From Candidatus Colwellbacteria bacterium (GTDB lineage Bacteria > Patescibacteriota > Minisyncoccia > UBA6257 > Colwellbacteraceae): a stretch of 33,549 bases of DNA. A program made the translations under genes and the position numbers. The notes under the pieces are model-generated. The model was not told the DNA's origin. It searched no databases and was given only the letters and a program-made list of their open reading frames with translations. Shown in pieces: positions 1 to 9,960 of this stretch (the stretch's first letter is position 1; the number at the start of each line of letters is the position of its first letter). The DNA lies in contig JAUYKE010000003.1 in the NCBI GenBank assembly GCA_030700125.1, positions 1 through 33,549 of the forward strand. The letters are read 5' to 3'.

Positions 1-328
<328 letters not shown>

Positions 329-355
329 TCACTTAAAAGCTAATTAATCCCTTCA

Positions 356-377
356 GGGCAGGCATTTCGGCCTGCCC
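356..377 (+). repeat. Hairpin GGGCAGGC-ATTTCG-GCCTGCCC in the 23S-5S spacer; 3' arm is a GCCTGCCCCGT-family repeat
   Basis: Perfect 8-bp inverted repeat. GCCTGCCCCGT recurs at 21569 and, on the minus strand, at 27484. Confidence 0.7.
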
Positions 378-394
378 CGTAGTGAAATTTTGTC

Positions 395-505
395 TGCTGG
401 TGTTTTACTCGAATGTGTCCCACCTCTTCCCATTTCGAACAGAGAAGTGAAAGCATTTGAGGCTGATGATACTCGGATTTCCGGGGAAAGTAGGGTACGC
501 CGGCA
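395..505 (+). rRNA. rrf: 5S rRNA
   Basis: Terminal helix TGCTGGTG/CGCCGGCA, loop C motif CCCATTTCGAAC, GATGATACT...GGGAAAGTAGG; lies directly downstream of 23S. Confidence 0.93.
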
Positions 506-566
506 TACAAAATTTCTACTACAGGGACGCGGAAGTGATGAGATTTGTGAAAGAGGGGGCTAGTTT

Positions 567-575
567 TGGTACAAT
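567..575 (+). promoter_or_regulatory. Extended -10 promoter element (TGGTACAAT)
   Basis: TGn+TACAAT lies 7 nt before the ATG at 583; no SD sequence. Confidence 0.5.
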
Positions 576-582
576 AACCTTA

Positions 583-1335
583 ATGCACCACCGCACTGTA
601 AAGCAGCTCGCCTTCGGCTCCATCGTTCTCATTACGACGGGCATTATCGCCACCGGCGTTTATTACTTTTATTTAAAACCGGCGCCCAGCTGTTTTGACA
701 ATAAACAGAATCAAAAAGAAACCGGGATTGACTGCGGCAGCTCTTGCATTCCCTGTGAAGTAAAAGGGTTGGATCTGGTAACCGAAAAAGTAAAAGCTTT
801 TCCAGCCGGCGAAAATAAAACAACCCTCTTAGCTAAGGTTAAAAATCCAAGTCAAAGTTTTCCTGTCAGTTTTTCTTATAAATTCAGCCTGGGCGGGACA
901 TTTTTGGACGACACCTTAAGAGGCAACGCGGTTATCGCCCCCGGTGCCAGTAAGTATTTTGTTATCCCCGGTGTCGCGCTCCCTACTAAAGATATAAAAA
1001 GCATAAATCTGGAGGTTTCGGAACTCAATTGGCAAGGCAAAAATAAAACCGAGATCAGAAATATTGGGATTACGACCGAAACTAGTGTCAAAGAAAATAG
1101 AATCACTGTAACCGGCACTTTAACTAATTCTTCAGCCACAAGTTTCCCGCGGGTAGATTTGACTGCTCTCCTCTTTAGCAAGGAGGGGGAAATTTTAAAC
1201 GCCTCGGTGACTCGACTGGAAAAAGTTGAGGCTTTCAGTCAAAAACAATTTATTGTCTTTTTCCCGGAAGTCGGGGGGCTCATCCAAAATCTTGATCCAG
1301 AGAAAACTGAAGTTTACTGGGAAGTAGATGAGTAG
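583..1335 (+). CDS. Membrane-anchored hypothetical protein with a small Cys-rich motif and Ig-like beta domains
   Basis: N-terminal TM helix, CFDNKQNQKETGIDCGSSC motif, beta-rich C-terminus. Start moved to ATG 583 because the ORF-track start overlaps 5S rRNA. Confidence 0.75.
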   Translation: MHHRTVKQLAFGSIVLITTGIIATGVYYFYLKPAPSCFDNKQNQKETGIDCGSSCIPCEVKGLDLVTEKVKAFPAGENKTTLLAKVKNPSQSFPVSFSYKFSLGGTFLDDTLRGNAVIAPGASKYFVIPGVALPTKDIKSINLEVSELNWQGKNKTEIRNIGITTETSVKENRITVTGTLTNSSATSFPRVDLTALLFSKEGEILNASVTRLEKVEAFSQKQFIVFFPEVGGLIQNLDPEKTEVYWEVDE

Positions 1336-2407
1336 AGCCCTCTCTAAAATAGATTGGGGGCTAACTGGGGCCGTCCTCTTACTCATGGCTATCAGTTTAG
1401 TTACTTTGGCCTCCAATCCTGAAAGGGAGTTATTTTGGCGGCAATCAATCTGGGTTCTCCTGGCCCTCGCTCTCATCTTTGGGCTACCCCTCATCAATTT
1501 GAGAGCCATCTTTAATTATCGTTGGCTAATCCTCGGAATTTATTTTTTTGTTCTTTCTCTCCTCGTTCTTACATATTTTTTCGCTCTCCCCGCAAGCGGC
1601 ACTAAAAGCTGGCTTCAAATTGGGGAGATCCAAATTCAGGCCTCGGAATTCATGAAAGCCGCCTTGATCATTCTTCTCTCCAGCTTTTTTGCTCTTCGCC
1701 ACGTGGCCATTGCCCAGCCCAAAGTAATTGCCATCTCTTTTTTCTATTTTTTGATTCCGACTATTCTTGTTTTGCTCCAGCCGGATTTAGGCACGAGCTT
1801 GGTTCTTTTCGGAATTTGGTTCGGCTATCTTTTGGTAAGCGAACTCCCGCTTCGCTATATCGCCGTTGCTCTCCTCATATTTGTCATTATTGGCGCTCTT
1901 GGTTGGAGCTTCGGCTTCGCTCCTTATCAGAAAGACAGGATTGCCGCTCTCTTCTCTCCGGAGACCGACCCCTTGGGGGTAAATTACAGTGTTCTTCAGT
2001 CCAAAATTGCCATCGGCTCCGCCGGGCTTTTTGGTAAAGGTTTTGGCCAAGGTTCCCAAGTTCAGCTGGGGTTTTTACCTGCCGCCCACACTGATTTCAT
2101 CTTTTCTTCTTTTGTCGAGGAGTGGGGCCTCCTGGGCGGTTTCCTCTTAATTGCCGCTTTCCTTTATCTAATCTATCGGATTCTCCAGTTGGGGTTGAGG
2201 AGCTATAATAACTTTGCCAAGTTTGTTTCTTTGGGAGTTGCCATCACTCTTTTCATTCATTTTTCAATTAACCTCGGCTCGGCCTTGGGTCTTTTGCCTG
2301 TCATCGGAATCAGCCTGCCCTTTGTAAGTTATGGAGGCTCTCACCTATTGACAATGGCGGCTTTGATCGGCATTATTCAAGGCGTTCACGAAAGACGGTC
2401 TCCGTAA
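1328..2407 (+). CDS. rodA: SEDS-family peptidoglycan glycosyltransferase RodA
   Basis: Multi-TM protein with QASEFMK, LLQPDLGT, QSKIAIGSAG, FLPAAHTDFIF and LPFVSYGGS motifs. Confidence 0.9.
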   Translation: MSRALSKIDWGLTGAVLLLMAISLVTLASNPERELFWRQSIWVLLALALIFGLPLINLRAIFNYRWLILGIYFFVLSLLVLTYFFALPASGTKSWLQIGEIQIQASEFMKAALIILLSSFFALRHVAIAQPKVIAISFFYFLIPTILVLLQPDLGTSLVLFGIWFGYLLVSELPLRYIAVALLIFVIIGALGWSFGFAPYQKDRIAALFSPETDPLGVNYSVLQSKIAIGSAGLFGKGFGQGSQVQLGFLPAAHTDFIFSSFVEEWGLLGGFLLIAAFLYLIYRILQLGLRSYNNFAKFVSLGVAITLFIHFSINLGSALGLLPVIGISLPFVSYGGSHLLTMAALIGIIQGVHERRSP

Positions 2408-3144
2408 TGCGCCGATTATCAATTGTAGCTTCTCCTTTAATAATCTTAGGGATTCTGGGGAGCAGTGCCCTTCTTGGCTATGCTCTCACTCGCCCCCCAG
2501 CGCCCAAAGCGATTGTTGTTATCCCGGAGGGAGCCACCGTTTACGATATTAATAAAATCCTCAGGGAAAAAGGAGTATTGACCGAGGAGCAAGAATCCCT
2601 CCCCGAAAGCCTAGAGGGGTATCTCTTTCCTGACACCTACGAATTCTTTGTTCCTTCAGGATTAGAAACGGTTGAATCCAAATTCGAGGAGAACTTTAAT
2701 CGGAAGGTGAGAACCGTTATGCCTGAAAGGTTAAGAGAGGAAGATCTGAAAGAGATTCTTACGAAAGCCTCACTTGTAGAAAAAGAGGTTCCTGAGTCAG
2801 CTGAGAGGAGAGTGGTGGTCGACATCATGATGAAGCGCCTTAAAAATAATGTCCCACTTCAGATGGATGCCTCAATTTGTTACTTCAAGAAAGAATCCTC
2901 TTGTCTGCCGATAACGGGGTCGGATAAGAATACAGATTCGCCTTTCAACACCTATCGCTATCGAGGTCTCCCTCCCCATCCCATCGGCAACCCCGGGGTG
3001 GATGCCATCTTCGCCGTCATGAACCCGACTGAAACCCCCTACTGGTTTTACCTCTCGGACCCGGAGACAAAAAAGACTGTTTTCTCGAAGACCCTTGACG
3101 AACATAATAACAATATTGTTAAATACCTAAACGCAACCAACTAA
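2407..3144 (+). CDS. mltG: Endolytic transglycosylase MltG (YceG family), short form
   Basis: LEGYLFPDTY, ASLVEKE, LQMDAS and SPFNTYRYRGLPPHPIGNPG motifs. Confidence 0.92.
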   Translation: MRRLSIVASPLIILGILGSSALLGYALTRPPAPKAIVVIPEGATVYDINKILREKGVLTEEQESLPESLEGYLFPDTYEFFVPSGLETVESKFEENFNRKVRTVMPERLREEDLKEILTKASLVEKEVPESAERRVVVDIMMKRLKNNVPLQMDASICYFKKESSCLPITGSDKNTDSPFNTYRYRGLPPHPIGNPGVDAIFAVMNPTETPYWFYLSDPETKKTVFSKTLDEHNNNIVKYLNATN

Positions 3145-3186
3145 AGCCCAAGTTAGCCGTTTTTGAAAATCGGCATTTTTGTTTTG

Positions 3187-6100
3187 ATGTCAAAATTACC
3201 AACAAACACCTTTTCTTCTCACCGGGGTACCTTGATTGAGCAGCCGGATCTGGCTCTCGTTCAAACCAAATCTTATGAATGGTTCCGACGAGAAGGATTA
3301 AAAGAACTATTTCAGGAGTTCTCTCCTGTTACTGATTATTCCGGCAAGCGGCTGGAGCTCTATCTCTTGGACTATTATTTCGATCTACCCAAGTACACCG
3401 AGGAAGAGTCCCGATTTAAGGGCATTACTTATGAAGCCCCTCTCCGAGCACGAGTCAAATTAGTCAATAAAGAAACTAACGGGAAGAAAGAGCAGGAAGT
3501 CTATCTGGGTGATCTCCCAATGATGACAACCCGCGGGACTTTTATCGTTAACGGTGTTGAGAGGGTAGTTATCTCTCAGCTGGTTCGCTCTCCCGGGGCT
3601 TATTTCACTATGAATCTTTATCGAGGGAGAAGGCTTTTCGGAGCTAAACTTATTCCTCATCGAGGAGCTTGGCTTGAATTTGAAACCGATCCTGACGGCT
3701 CAATCGGAGTGAAAATCGATCGCTACCGAAAGATTCCGGTCGTGAGCTTATTTCGAATTTTCGGCCTCGAAGATAAAGAGATTTTGGGCACCTTCGGTGA
3801 GATAATTAAACCAACCCTAGACAAAGACACCGCTAAGAATGCCGCTGATTCTTATCTCGAAATCTACCAGCGGATTCGGCCCGGAGATCTGGCTACTCCC
3901 GGGGATGCACAGAAGCTAATCGACTCAATGTTTAAGCAGCCGGAGCGTTACGATCTCTCGGTGATCGGCCGCTTTAAGTTAAACCAGCGATTAGAAGCGC
4001 AAAATTCGACCGGCCGCCTGCTCTCCCTAGACGACTTAATTAGAATTGTTAAAGAGATTATTCGCTTGAACGGCGACCCTACGGCCGAAGCCGATGACGT
4101 TGATCACCTGGGCAACCGACGCGTCCGGGCACTGGGCGAGCTATTGCAGATTCGACTGCGAGTAGGGTTTACGAGAGTCCGAAGGACCATTCAGGACCGA
4201 ATGAGTACTCTCCCGCCCGAAGATTTGACTCCTATCCAACTTGTTAACCCTCGGCCGCTCGTCGCTGTTATTCGCGAGTTCTTTGCTTCCTCTCAAATGT
4301 CCCAATTTTTGGGGCAGGTTAATCCCTTGGATGAGCTGGAGCACAAGCGGCGACTGACCGCTTTGGGCGTTGGGGGATTAACCAGAGAGCGAGCCGGCAT
4401 GGAAGTTCGGGATGTTCATAGCTCTTACTACGGTCGCATCTGCCCGATTCAAACCCCTGAAGGGGCTAACATCGGGTTGGTTAATCACTTAGCCAGCTTC
4501 GCCCAGTTGAATGATTACGGTTTTCTCATCACTCCCTATATAAAGGTCAAAAATGGGTGCTTGACCCAAGAGATTATTTGGCTTGACGCTAAAGAAGAAG
4601 AGAAATATAAGATTGCTTCAATTGCCGCTCGGTTCGATAAAAACAAGCACTTCATCGACAAGGAGGTCGATGCCAGGTTTAAGGGCGAACCGGGAACTTA
4701 TCCGGCTAAAGAAATTAACCTCATTGATGTTGCGCCTTCACAACTCGTAAGCGTTGCCACCTCACTTGTGCCATTCCTCGAGCACACTGATGCGAGCCGA
4801 GCGCTTATGGCTTCCAATATGCAACGGCAGGCGGTTCCTTGCATCGTGCCCTCCGCCCCTTATGTCGGAACCGGAGTTGAAGAACGAGCCGCCCGAGATT
4901 CCGGTCGAATGGTTATCTCTGACGCGAGTGGGACAGTTGACGAAGTTGATGCTAACCACATTGTTATTAAATCAAGCGACGGTAAAAAACACCGCTTCGC
5001 TCTGGACAAGTTTAAAATGTCCAATCAATACATTGCCATTTCCCATCGACCACTGGTCAAGAAGGGAGATAAAGTAAAAAAGGGTGATGTTCTGGCCGAC
5101 GGCCAATCAACCGATGACGGCGCTCTCGCCCTGGGCCAGAATCTAGTAGTTGCTTTTGCCTCTTGGGAAGGAGCCAATTTTGAAGATGCCATTATTTTCT
5201 CCGAGAAAATTCAGCGTGATGCCATTTACAGCTCAATTCACATTAGCGAATTTCAAGTTGACGTTCGCGACACCAAGCTCGGTCCTGAACTTACCACTCC
5301 GGACATTCCTAACGTTTCGGAAGATAAGCTAAGAAATTTGGATGAGGATGGCATCATCAGGATCGGAGCCGAAGTGAAAGGCGGTGACATTCTAGTCGGA
5401 AAAATTTCTCCTAAGGGTGAGAGTGAGCTCACTCCTGAAGAGCGGCTCCTGCGAGCCATCTTTGGTGAGAAGGCAAGGGATGTAAAAGACAGTTCTCTTG
5501 AACTGCCTCACGGTAAACTCGGCCGAATAGTGGGAGTAAAAATCTTCTCTCGGGAAAAAGGCGACAAGCTTGATCCAGGAGTGATCTCCCGGATTTACGT
5601 CCAAGTAGCAACCGTTCGCAACATCCAGGCCGGCGACAAGATTGCCGGTCGCCATGGCAATAAAGGTGTAGTGTCTCAAGTTCGGCCGGTTGAAGACATG
5701 CCGTATCTCGAAGACGGCACTCCGGTTGATGTGATCTTGAATCCTTTAGGGGTAATCTCTCGAATGAATCTGGGTCAATTATTTGAGACCCATCTCGGTT
5801 GGGCAGCTAAAAAATTAGGCTACCGGGCTTGCACCCCCGTTTTTGCCGGCGCCACCGAAGAACAAATTAAAACCGAGCTAAAAAAAGCCGGCTTACCGGA
5901 GAGTGGTAAGGTGACTCTCTACGATGGTCGAACTGGCGAAGCATTTAAAGGAAAAGTGGCCGTTGGGGTTATTTACTTAATGAAATTAAATCACTTGGTG
6001 GCTGATAAAATCCACATGCGTTCCATCGGACCCTACTCCCTTATTACCCAGCAACCGCTTGGCGGTAAGGCGCAACTCGGCGGTCAGCGATTCGGAGAAA

Positions 6101-6357
6101 TGGAAGTTTGGGCACTCGAAGGATACGGCGCAGCTCATACCCTTCAAGAGATGCTCACCGTCAAATCAGATGATGTTGTCGGGCGCTCGGCAGTTTATGA
6201 AGCAATTGTTAGAGGTGAGAGGGTTCGACGAGAGAATCTTCCTGCCTCTTTCAACGTGATGGTGAATGAATTAAAAGCCCTCGGGTTATCGGTTGAACCA
6301 CTAAGAGAGGAGGAGTCGGAAGCCCAAAGACGAAGAAAAAATATTCAAGATGAATAA
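3187..6357 (+). CDS. rpoB: RNA polymerase beta subunit
   Basis: GTFIVNGVERV, DHLGNRR, GDKIAGRHGNKG and GGQRFGEMEVWALE motifs; ATG at 3187 preferred. Confidence 0.99.
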   Translation: MSKLPTNTFSSHRGTLIEQPDLALVQTKSYEWFRREGLKELFQEFSPVTDYSGKRLELYLLDYYFDLPKYTEEESRFKGITYEAPLRARVKLVNKETNGKKEQEVYLGDLPMMTTRGTFIVNGVERVVISQLVRSPGAYFTMNLYRGRRLFGAKLIPHRGAWLEFETDPDGSIGVKIDRYRKIPVVSLFRIFGLEDKEILGTFGEIIKPTLDKDTAKNAADSYLEIYQRIRPGDLATPGDAQKLIDSMFKQPERYDLSVIGRFKLNQRLEAQNSTGRLLSLDDLIRIVKEIIRLNGDPTAEADDVDHLGNRRVRALGELLQIRLRVGFTRVRRTIQDRMSTLPPEDLTPIQLVNPRPLVAVIREFFASSQMSQFLGQVNPLDELEHKRRLTALGVGGLTRERAGMEVRDVHSSYYGRICPIQTPEGANIGLVNHLASFAQLNDYGFLITPYIKVKNGCLTQEIIWLDAKEEEKYKIASIAARFDKNKHFIDKEVDARFKGEPGTYPAKEINLIDVAPSQLVSVATSLVPFLEHTDASRALMASNMQRQAVPCIVPSAPYVGTGVEERAARDSGRMVISDASGTVDEVDANHIVIKSSDGKKHRFALDKFKMSNQYIAISHRPLVKKGDKVKKGDVLADGQSTDDGALALGQNLVVAFASWEGANFEDAIIFSEKIQRDAIYSSIHISEFQVDVRDTKLGPELTTPDIPNVSEDKLRNLDEDGIIRIGAEVKGGDILVGKISPKGESELTPEERLLRAIFGEKARDVKDSSLELPHGKLGRIVGVKIFSREKGDKLDPGVISRIYVQVATVRNIQAGDKIAGRHGNKGVVSQVRPVEDMPYLEDGTPVDVILNPLGVISRMNLGQLFETHLGWAAKKLGYRACTPVFAGATEEQIKTELKKAGLPESGKVTLYDGRTGEAFKGKVAVGVIYLMKLNHLVADKIHMRSIGPYSLITQQPLGGKAQLGGQRFGEMEVWALEGYGAAHTLQEMLTVKSDDVVGRSAVYEAIVRGERVRRENLPASFNVMVNELKALGLSVEPLREEESEAQRRRKNIQDE

Positions 6358-9300
6358 GGATCCAGATTTCACAGCTCTAAAAATTAGAATTGCTTCACCG
6401 GACGACATTCTCTCCTGGTCCTATGGAGAGGTGATCAAGCCGGAAACTATCAACTATCGGACTCAAAGACCGGAAAAAGACGGCCTCTTCTCCGAGCGAA
6501 TTTTCGGCCCAACCAAGGACTGGGAGTGCTACTGCGGCAAATACCGAAAGATAAGATACAAAGGTGTCCTCTGCGATAAGTGTGGCGTGGAGGTCACTCG
6601 GTCAATCGTTCGTCGGGAAAGAATGGGCCACATTGCCCTCGCCACACCGGTAGTGCACACCTGGTTTCTCCGAAGCGTTCCCTCGGTCATCGGCTTAATT
6701 TTAGATGAGCCGCTAAAGAATCTTGAGAAAGTTGTTTATTACGCCGCCTATATTGTTACCGGCGTGGACGAGGCAAAGCGTAAGGAAGCCCTGAGTGATG
6801 TTTTGAAAGAATTTAAGACCCGCGAGAAAGAAAGTGGGGGTGAGCTAGAAGCAGCTGTCGGCGAGGCCAAAGATTTTTTAAACCGTCTGCGTCCCGGCAA
6901 AGCCTTAACCGAGCATGAGTTCGCTCACTTTGGAAAAAGATTCGGCCACATCTTCACCGTTGGAGCAGGAGGCGATGGTATAAGGCAAGTGCTCGCCAAT
7001 CTGGATTTAAAGCAGATTATCCGAGGGATTGAAGAGGAACTCTCCACTGCAAAAGATGCTACCCGCGTTAAAAAGCTCTTGAGGCAACTGAAGCTCTTAA
7101 AGTCCATGCTCGTTAATAGCATCCGGCCCGAGTGGATGGTCATGACTGTTTTGCCGATTCTCCCGCCCGACCTGCGACCGATGGTGGCTCTCGACGGCGG
7201 GCGCTATGCCACTTCAGACCTAAATGATCTCTATCGCCGGGTGATTAATCGTAATAATCGCTTGAAGCGCTTAATGGAGTTGAGAGCGCCGGATGTCATT
7301 ATCATCAACGAAAAACGAATGCTTCAAGAGGCGGTCGATATTTTAATTGACAATGCCAAAGCCAAACAAGTCACTCGGGGACGTAGGCCAGCTCGCTCGC
7401 TGGCCGACATGCTCCGCGGTAAGCAGGGTCGTTTCCGCCAAAATCTTTTGGGCAAAAGGGTTGATTACTCCGGCAGGTCAGTCATCGTTGTCGGGCCTCA
7501 TCTGCGGCTTGACCAATGTGGTATTCCCAAGCGAATGGCCTTGGAGCTTTTCCGACCCTTCGTCATCAATAAAGTGATTGAACGGGGATTGGCCTATAAC
7601 ATCAAAAATTCCAATCGCTTGATTGATCAGGCCCCGCCGGAGATTTGGGAGATTTTAGAAGAAATAATCGCTGACAAAAAAGTCCTTTTAAACCGGGCTC
7701 CTACTCTTCACCGCTTAAGCGTTCAGGCTTTCCGTCCGGTATTAATCGAGGACCTGGTCATCCAGATTTCCCCGATGGTAACGAGCGCCTTCAACGCTGA
7801 CTTCGACGGCGACCAGATGGCGGTTCACCTACCCTTATCTCCGGAAGCCCAGTACGAGTCCAGCCACTTGATGCTCTCAACATTCAATCTCTTGAAGCCG
7901 GCCTCGGGTGAGGCAGTGACGGTCCCCACCCTGGATATGGTTCTCGGTTGCTACTACCTGACAAGAGTTAATCCCAAGGATAAAGACGTTGGCCGAACTA
8001 TGAGCAGCCAAGAAGAAGCTCGGCTGGCCTACGAGAACGATTACCTAGGGCTCCATGCCCCGATTAAGATAAAGGGGCAGGAGACCACTTACGGTCGGAT
8101 GATTTTTAACGACGTCCTGCCGAAAGGATTCGAATTCATCAACGAAACCCTTAATAAAAAATCACTCACCGCCTTAGTCGGTCGCCTGATCAGTCAATTT
8201 GGCTCGGAAGTGGCGGCCGAGACTCTGGATAAGATTAAAGAATTAGGTTTCTTTTACGCCACCATCTCGGGTATTAGTTTAGGATTTGACGACCTCATTG
8301 TTCCTGAAGAAAAAAAAGGAATTATTGCTGACGCCGAAAGACAGGTTTCGCTGATCAGGGGGCAATATGACGAGGGGCTCTTAACGGAGCGCGAGAGAAA
8401 GGAGCGAGTCATCGAGGTTTGGCACGACACTAAGAGCAAAATCGACAAATTGATCCCAACAAAACTCAGCGAGGATAATCCCGTTCATATGATTATCAGC
8501 TCGGGGGCACGAGGATCTTGGTCGCAGCCCTCCCAGATGGCTGGCATGAGAGGAACGATTATTAACCCCAAGGGAGAAATTATCGATCTCCCAATTCGAA
8601 GCTCACTTAAGGAGGGTCACACTAATCTTGAGTATTTTATCTCCACTCACGGTTCAAGAAAGGGTTTGGTAGATACTGCTCTCCGGACGGCGGAGGCGGG
8701 ATACCTAACTCGTCGATTGATTGATACAGCTCAGGACGTGATTATTAGACAGGAGAATTGCCGCACGAAGCAGGGATTAGCCATTTATCGAGAGGACGGC
8801 GCTGACTTTGGATATCGTTTTGCCGAACGGCTGACTTCCCGAATTACCTTGAAGGACGTTAAAGTCGGTCGGAAAGTGGTCGTAAAAGCAGGAGAGATAA
8901 TCAGCGCCGAGGCCGCAAACGCTATTCAAAAATCTGACCTCTCGATGGCCGAAGTCCGCTCGCCCATTACCTGCAAAACCCTCTACGGAATTTGTTCTAA
9001 GTGCTACGGGCTTGATTTGGGACGAAATGAGCCAATTAAACTTGGAGAAGCGGTCGGCATCATTGCCGCCCAATCAATCGGTGAGCTCGGTACCCAGCTA
9101 ACATTGAGAACCTTCCACACTGGAGGAGTTGCCGGTCGAGATATTACCGCCGGTCTTCCAAGAGTCGAAGAGTTGTTTGAAAACCGCACTCCCAAGCGAA
9201 AGGGGGTTCTTTCTTCAGTCGAAGGGACAGTTGTTAAGATTGAGGATAGCGGTTCCCTTAAGGTAATTCATGTTAAGAGTGCTGATTCCCGTAAGAAAAA

Positions 9301-9937
9301 TAAAATAGTTGAATACCCGGTCCTAAAAGGAATGGATATTCTGATTGACCTCGGCAGTAAGGTAATGCCCGGCGACCCCATGACCGAGGGACACCTTGAT
9401 CCGAAAGAGATCTTTGCCCTGAAAGGCAAGGTTGAAGCCGCTCGCTATCTCATTAGAGAGACTCAAAGGATTTATCGCGGCGAAGGGGCAACCGTTAATG
9501 ACAAGCATATGGAAGTGATTATTAGGCAAATGTTCAATCGACTGAAGATTACTGATTCGGGTGATACTGATCTTGTTCTGGGTGAGGTGGTTGATAAATC
9601 AGGTTTGAGGGAAATGAACGAAAGGATGGAAGCAAAGGGTAAGGCCCATGCTAAAGCCGAGGAATTAATGTTGGGCATCACGAGAGCGGCGCTATTGGCT
9701 GACGGCTTTTTGGCACCCGCCTCGTTCATTGAGACCACAAGAGTTCTTATTAGGGCTGCTTCAGAAGGGAGGATCGATCACTTAATCGGGCTAAAAGAGA
9801 ATGTCATTATCGGCCGCCTGGTTCCGGTAGGCACCGCTTTCCGCCAAGATGTTGTTAGTGAGGCAGATGCGGAGGGCAAGGAGGTAGAAGAAGCTAAAGA
9901 AGAAGCCAAAGAGGAGAAAGTTGTGCTCCAAACTTAA
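6350..9937 (+). CDS. rpoC: RNA polymerase beta' subunit
   Basis: N-terminal Zn finger, catalytic NADFDGD, GYLTRRL bridge helix, KENVIIGRL. Confidence 0.99.
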   Translation: MNKDPDFTALKIRIASPDDILSWSYGEVIKPETINYRTQRPEKDGLFSERIFGPTKDWECYCGKYRKIRYKGVLCDKCGVEVTRSIVRRERMGHIALATPVVHTWFLRSVPSVIGLILDEPLKNLEKVVYYAAYIVTGVDEAKRKEALSDVLKEFKTREKESGGELEAAVGEAKDFLNRLRPGKALTEHEFAHFGKRFGHIFTVGAGGDGIRQVLANLDLKQIIRGIEEELSTAKDATRVKKLLRQLKLLKSMLVNSIRPEWMVMTVLPILPPDLRPMVALDGGRYATSDLNDLYRRVINRNNRLKRLMELRAPDVIIINEKRMLQEAVDILIDNAKAKQVTRGRRPARSLADMLRGKQGRFRQNLLGKRVDYSGRSVIVVGPHLRLDQCGIPKRMALELFRPFVINKVIERGLAYNIKNSNRLIDQAPPEIWEILEEIIADKKVLLNRAPTLHRLSVQAFRPVLIEDLVIQISPMVTSAFNADFDGDQMAVHLPLSPEAQYESSHLMLSTFNLLKPASGEAVTVPTLDMVLGCYYLTRVNPKDKDVGRTMSSQEEARLAYENDYLGLHAPIKIKGQETTYGRMIFNDVLPKGFEFINETLNKKSLTALVGRLISQFGSEVAAETLDKIKELGFFYATISGISLGFDDLIVPEEKKGIIADAERQVSLIRGQYDEGLLTERERKERVIEVWHDTKSKIDKLIPTKLSEDNPVHMIISSGARGSWSQPSQMAGMRGTIINPKGEIIDLPIRSSLKEGHTNLEYFISTHGSRKGLVDTALRTAEAGYLTRRLIDTAQDVIIRQENCRTKQGLAIYREDGADFGYRFAERLTSRITLKDVKVGRKVVVKAGEIISAEAANAIQKSDLSMAEVRSPITCKTLYGICSKCYGLDLGRNEPIKLGEAVGIIAAQSIGELGTQLTLRTFHTGGVAGRDITAGLPRVEELFENRTPKRKGVLSSVEGTVVKIEDSGSLKVIHVKSADSRKKNKIVEYPVLKGMDILIDLGSKVMPGDPMTEGHLDPKEIFALKGKVEAARYLIRETQRIYRGEGATVNDKHMEVIIRQMFNRLKITDSGDTDLVLGEVVDKSGLREMNERMEAKGKAHAKAEELMLGITRAALLADGFLAPASFIETTRVLIRAASEGRIDHLIGLKENVIIGRLVPVGTAFRQDVVSEADAEGKEVEEAKEEAKEEKVVLQT

Positions 9938-9960
9938 TTTTGTTACTCTCACTTGAAGCT

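Noticed and set aside
509-524. AATTTCTACT, resembling the Cas12a repeat handle
   Set aside because: It is a single occurrence with no GTAGAT arm, spacers or cas genes, and is explained as the 3' arm of the stem around 5S rRNA.
457-582. ORF-track N-terminal extensions at 457, 13213 and 23837
   Set aside because: They run through 5S rRNA, tRNA-Leu and tRNA-Val; downstream ATGs (583, 13345, 23900) fit the protein families.
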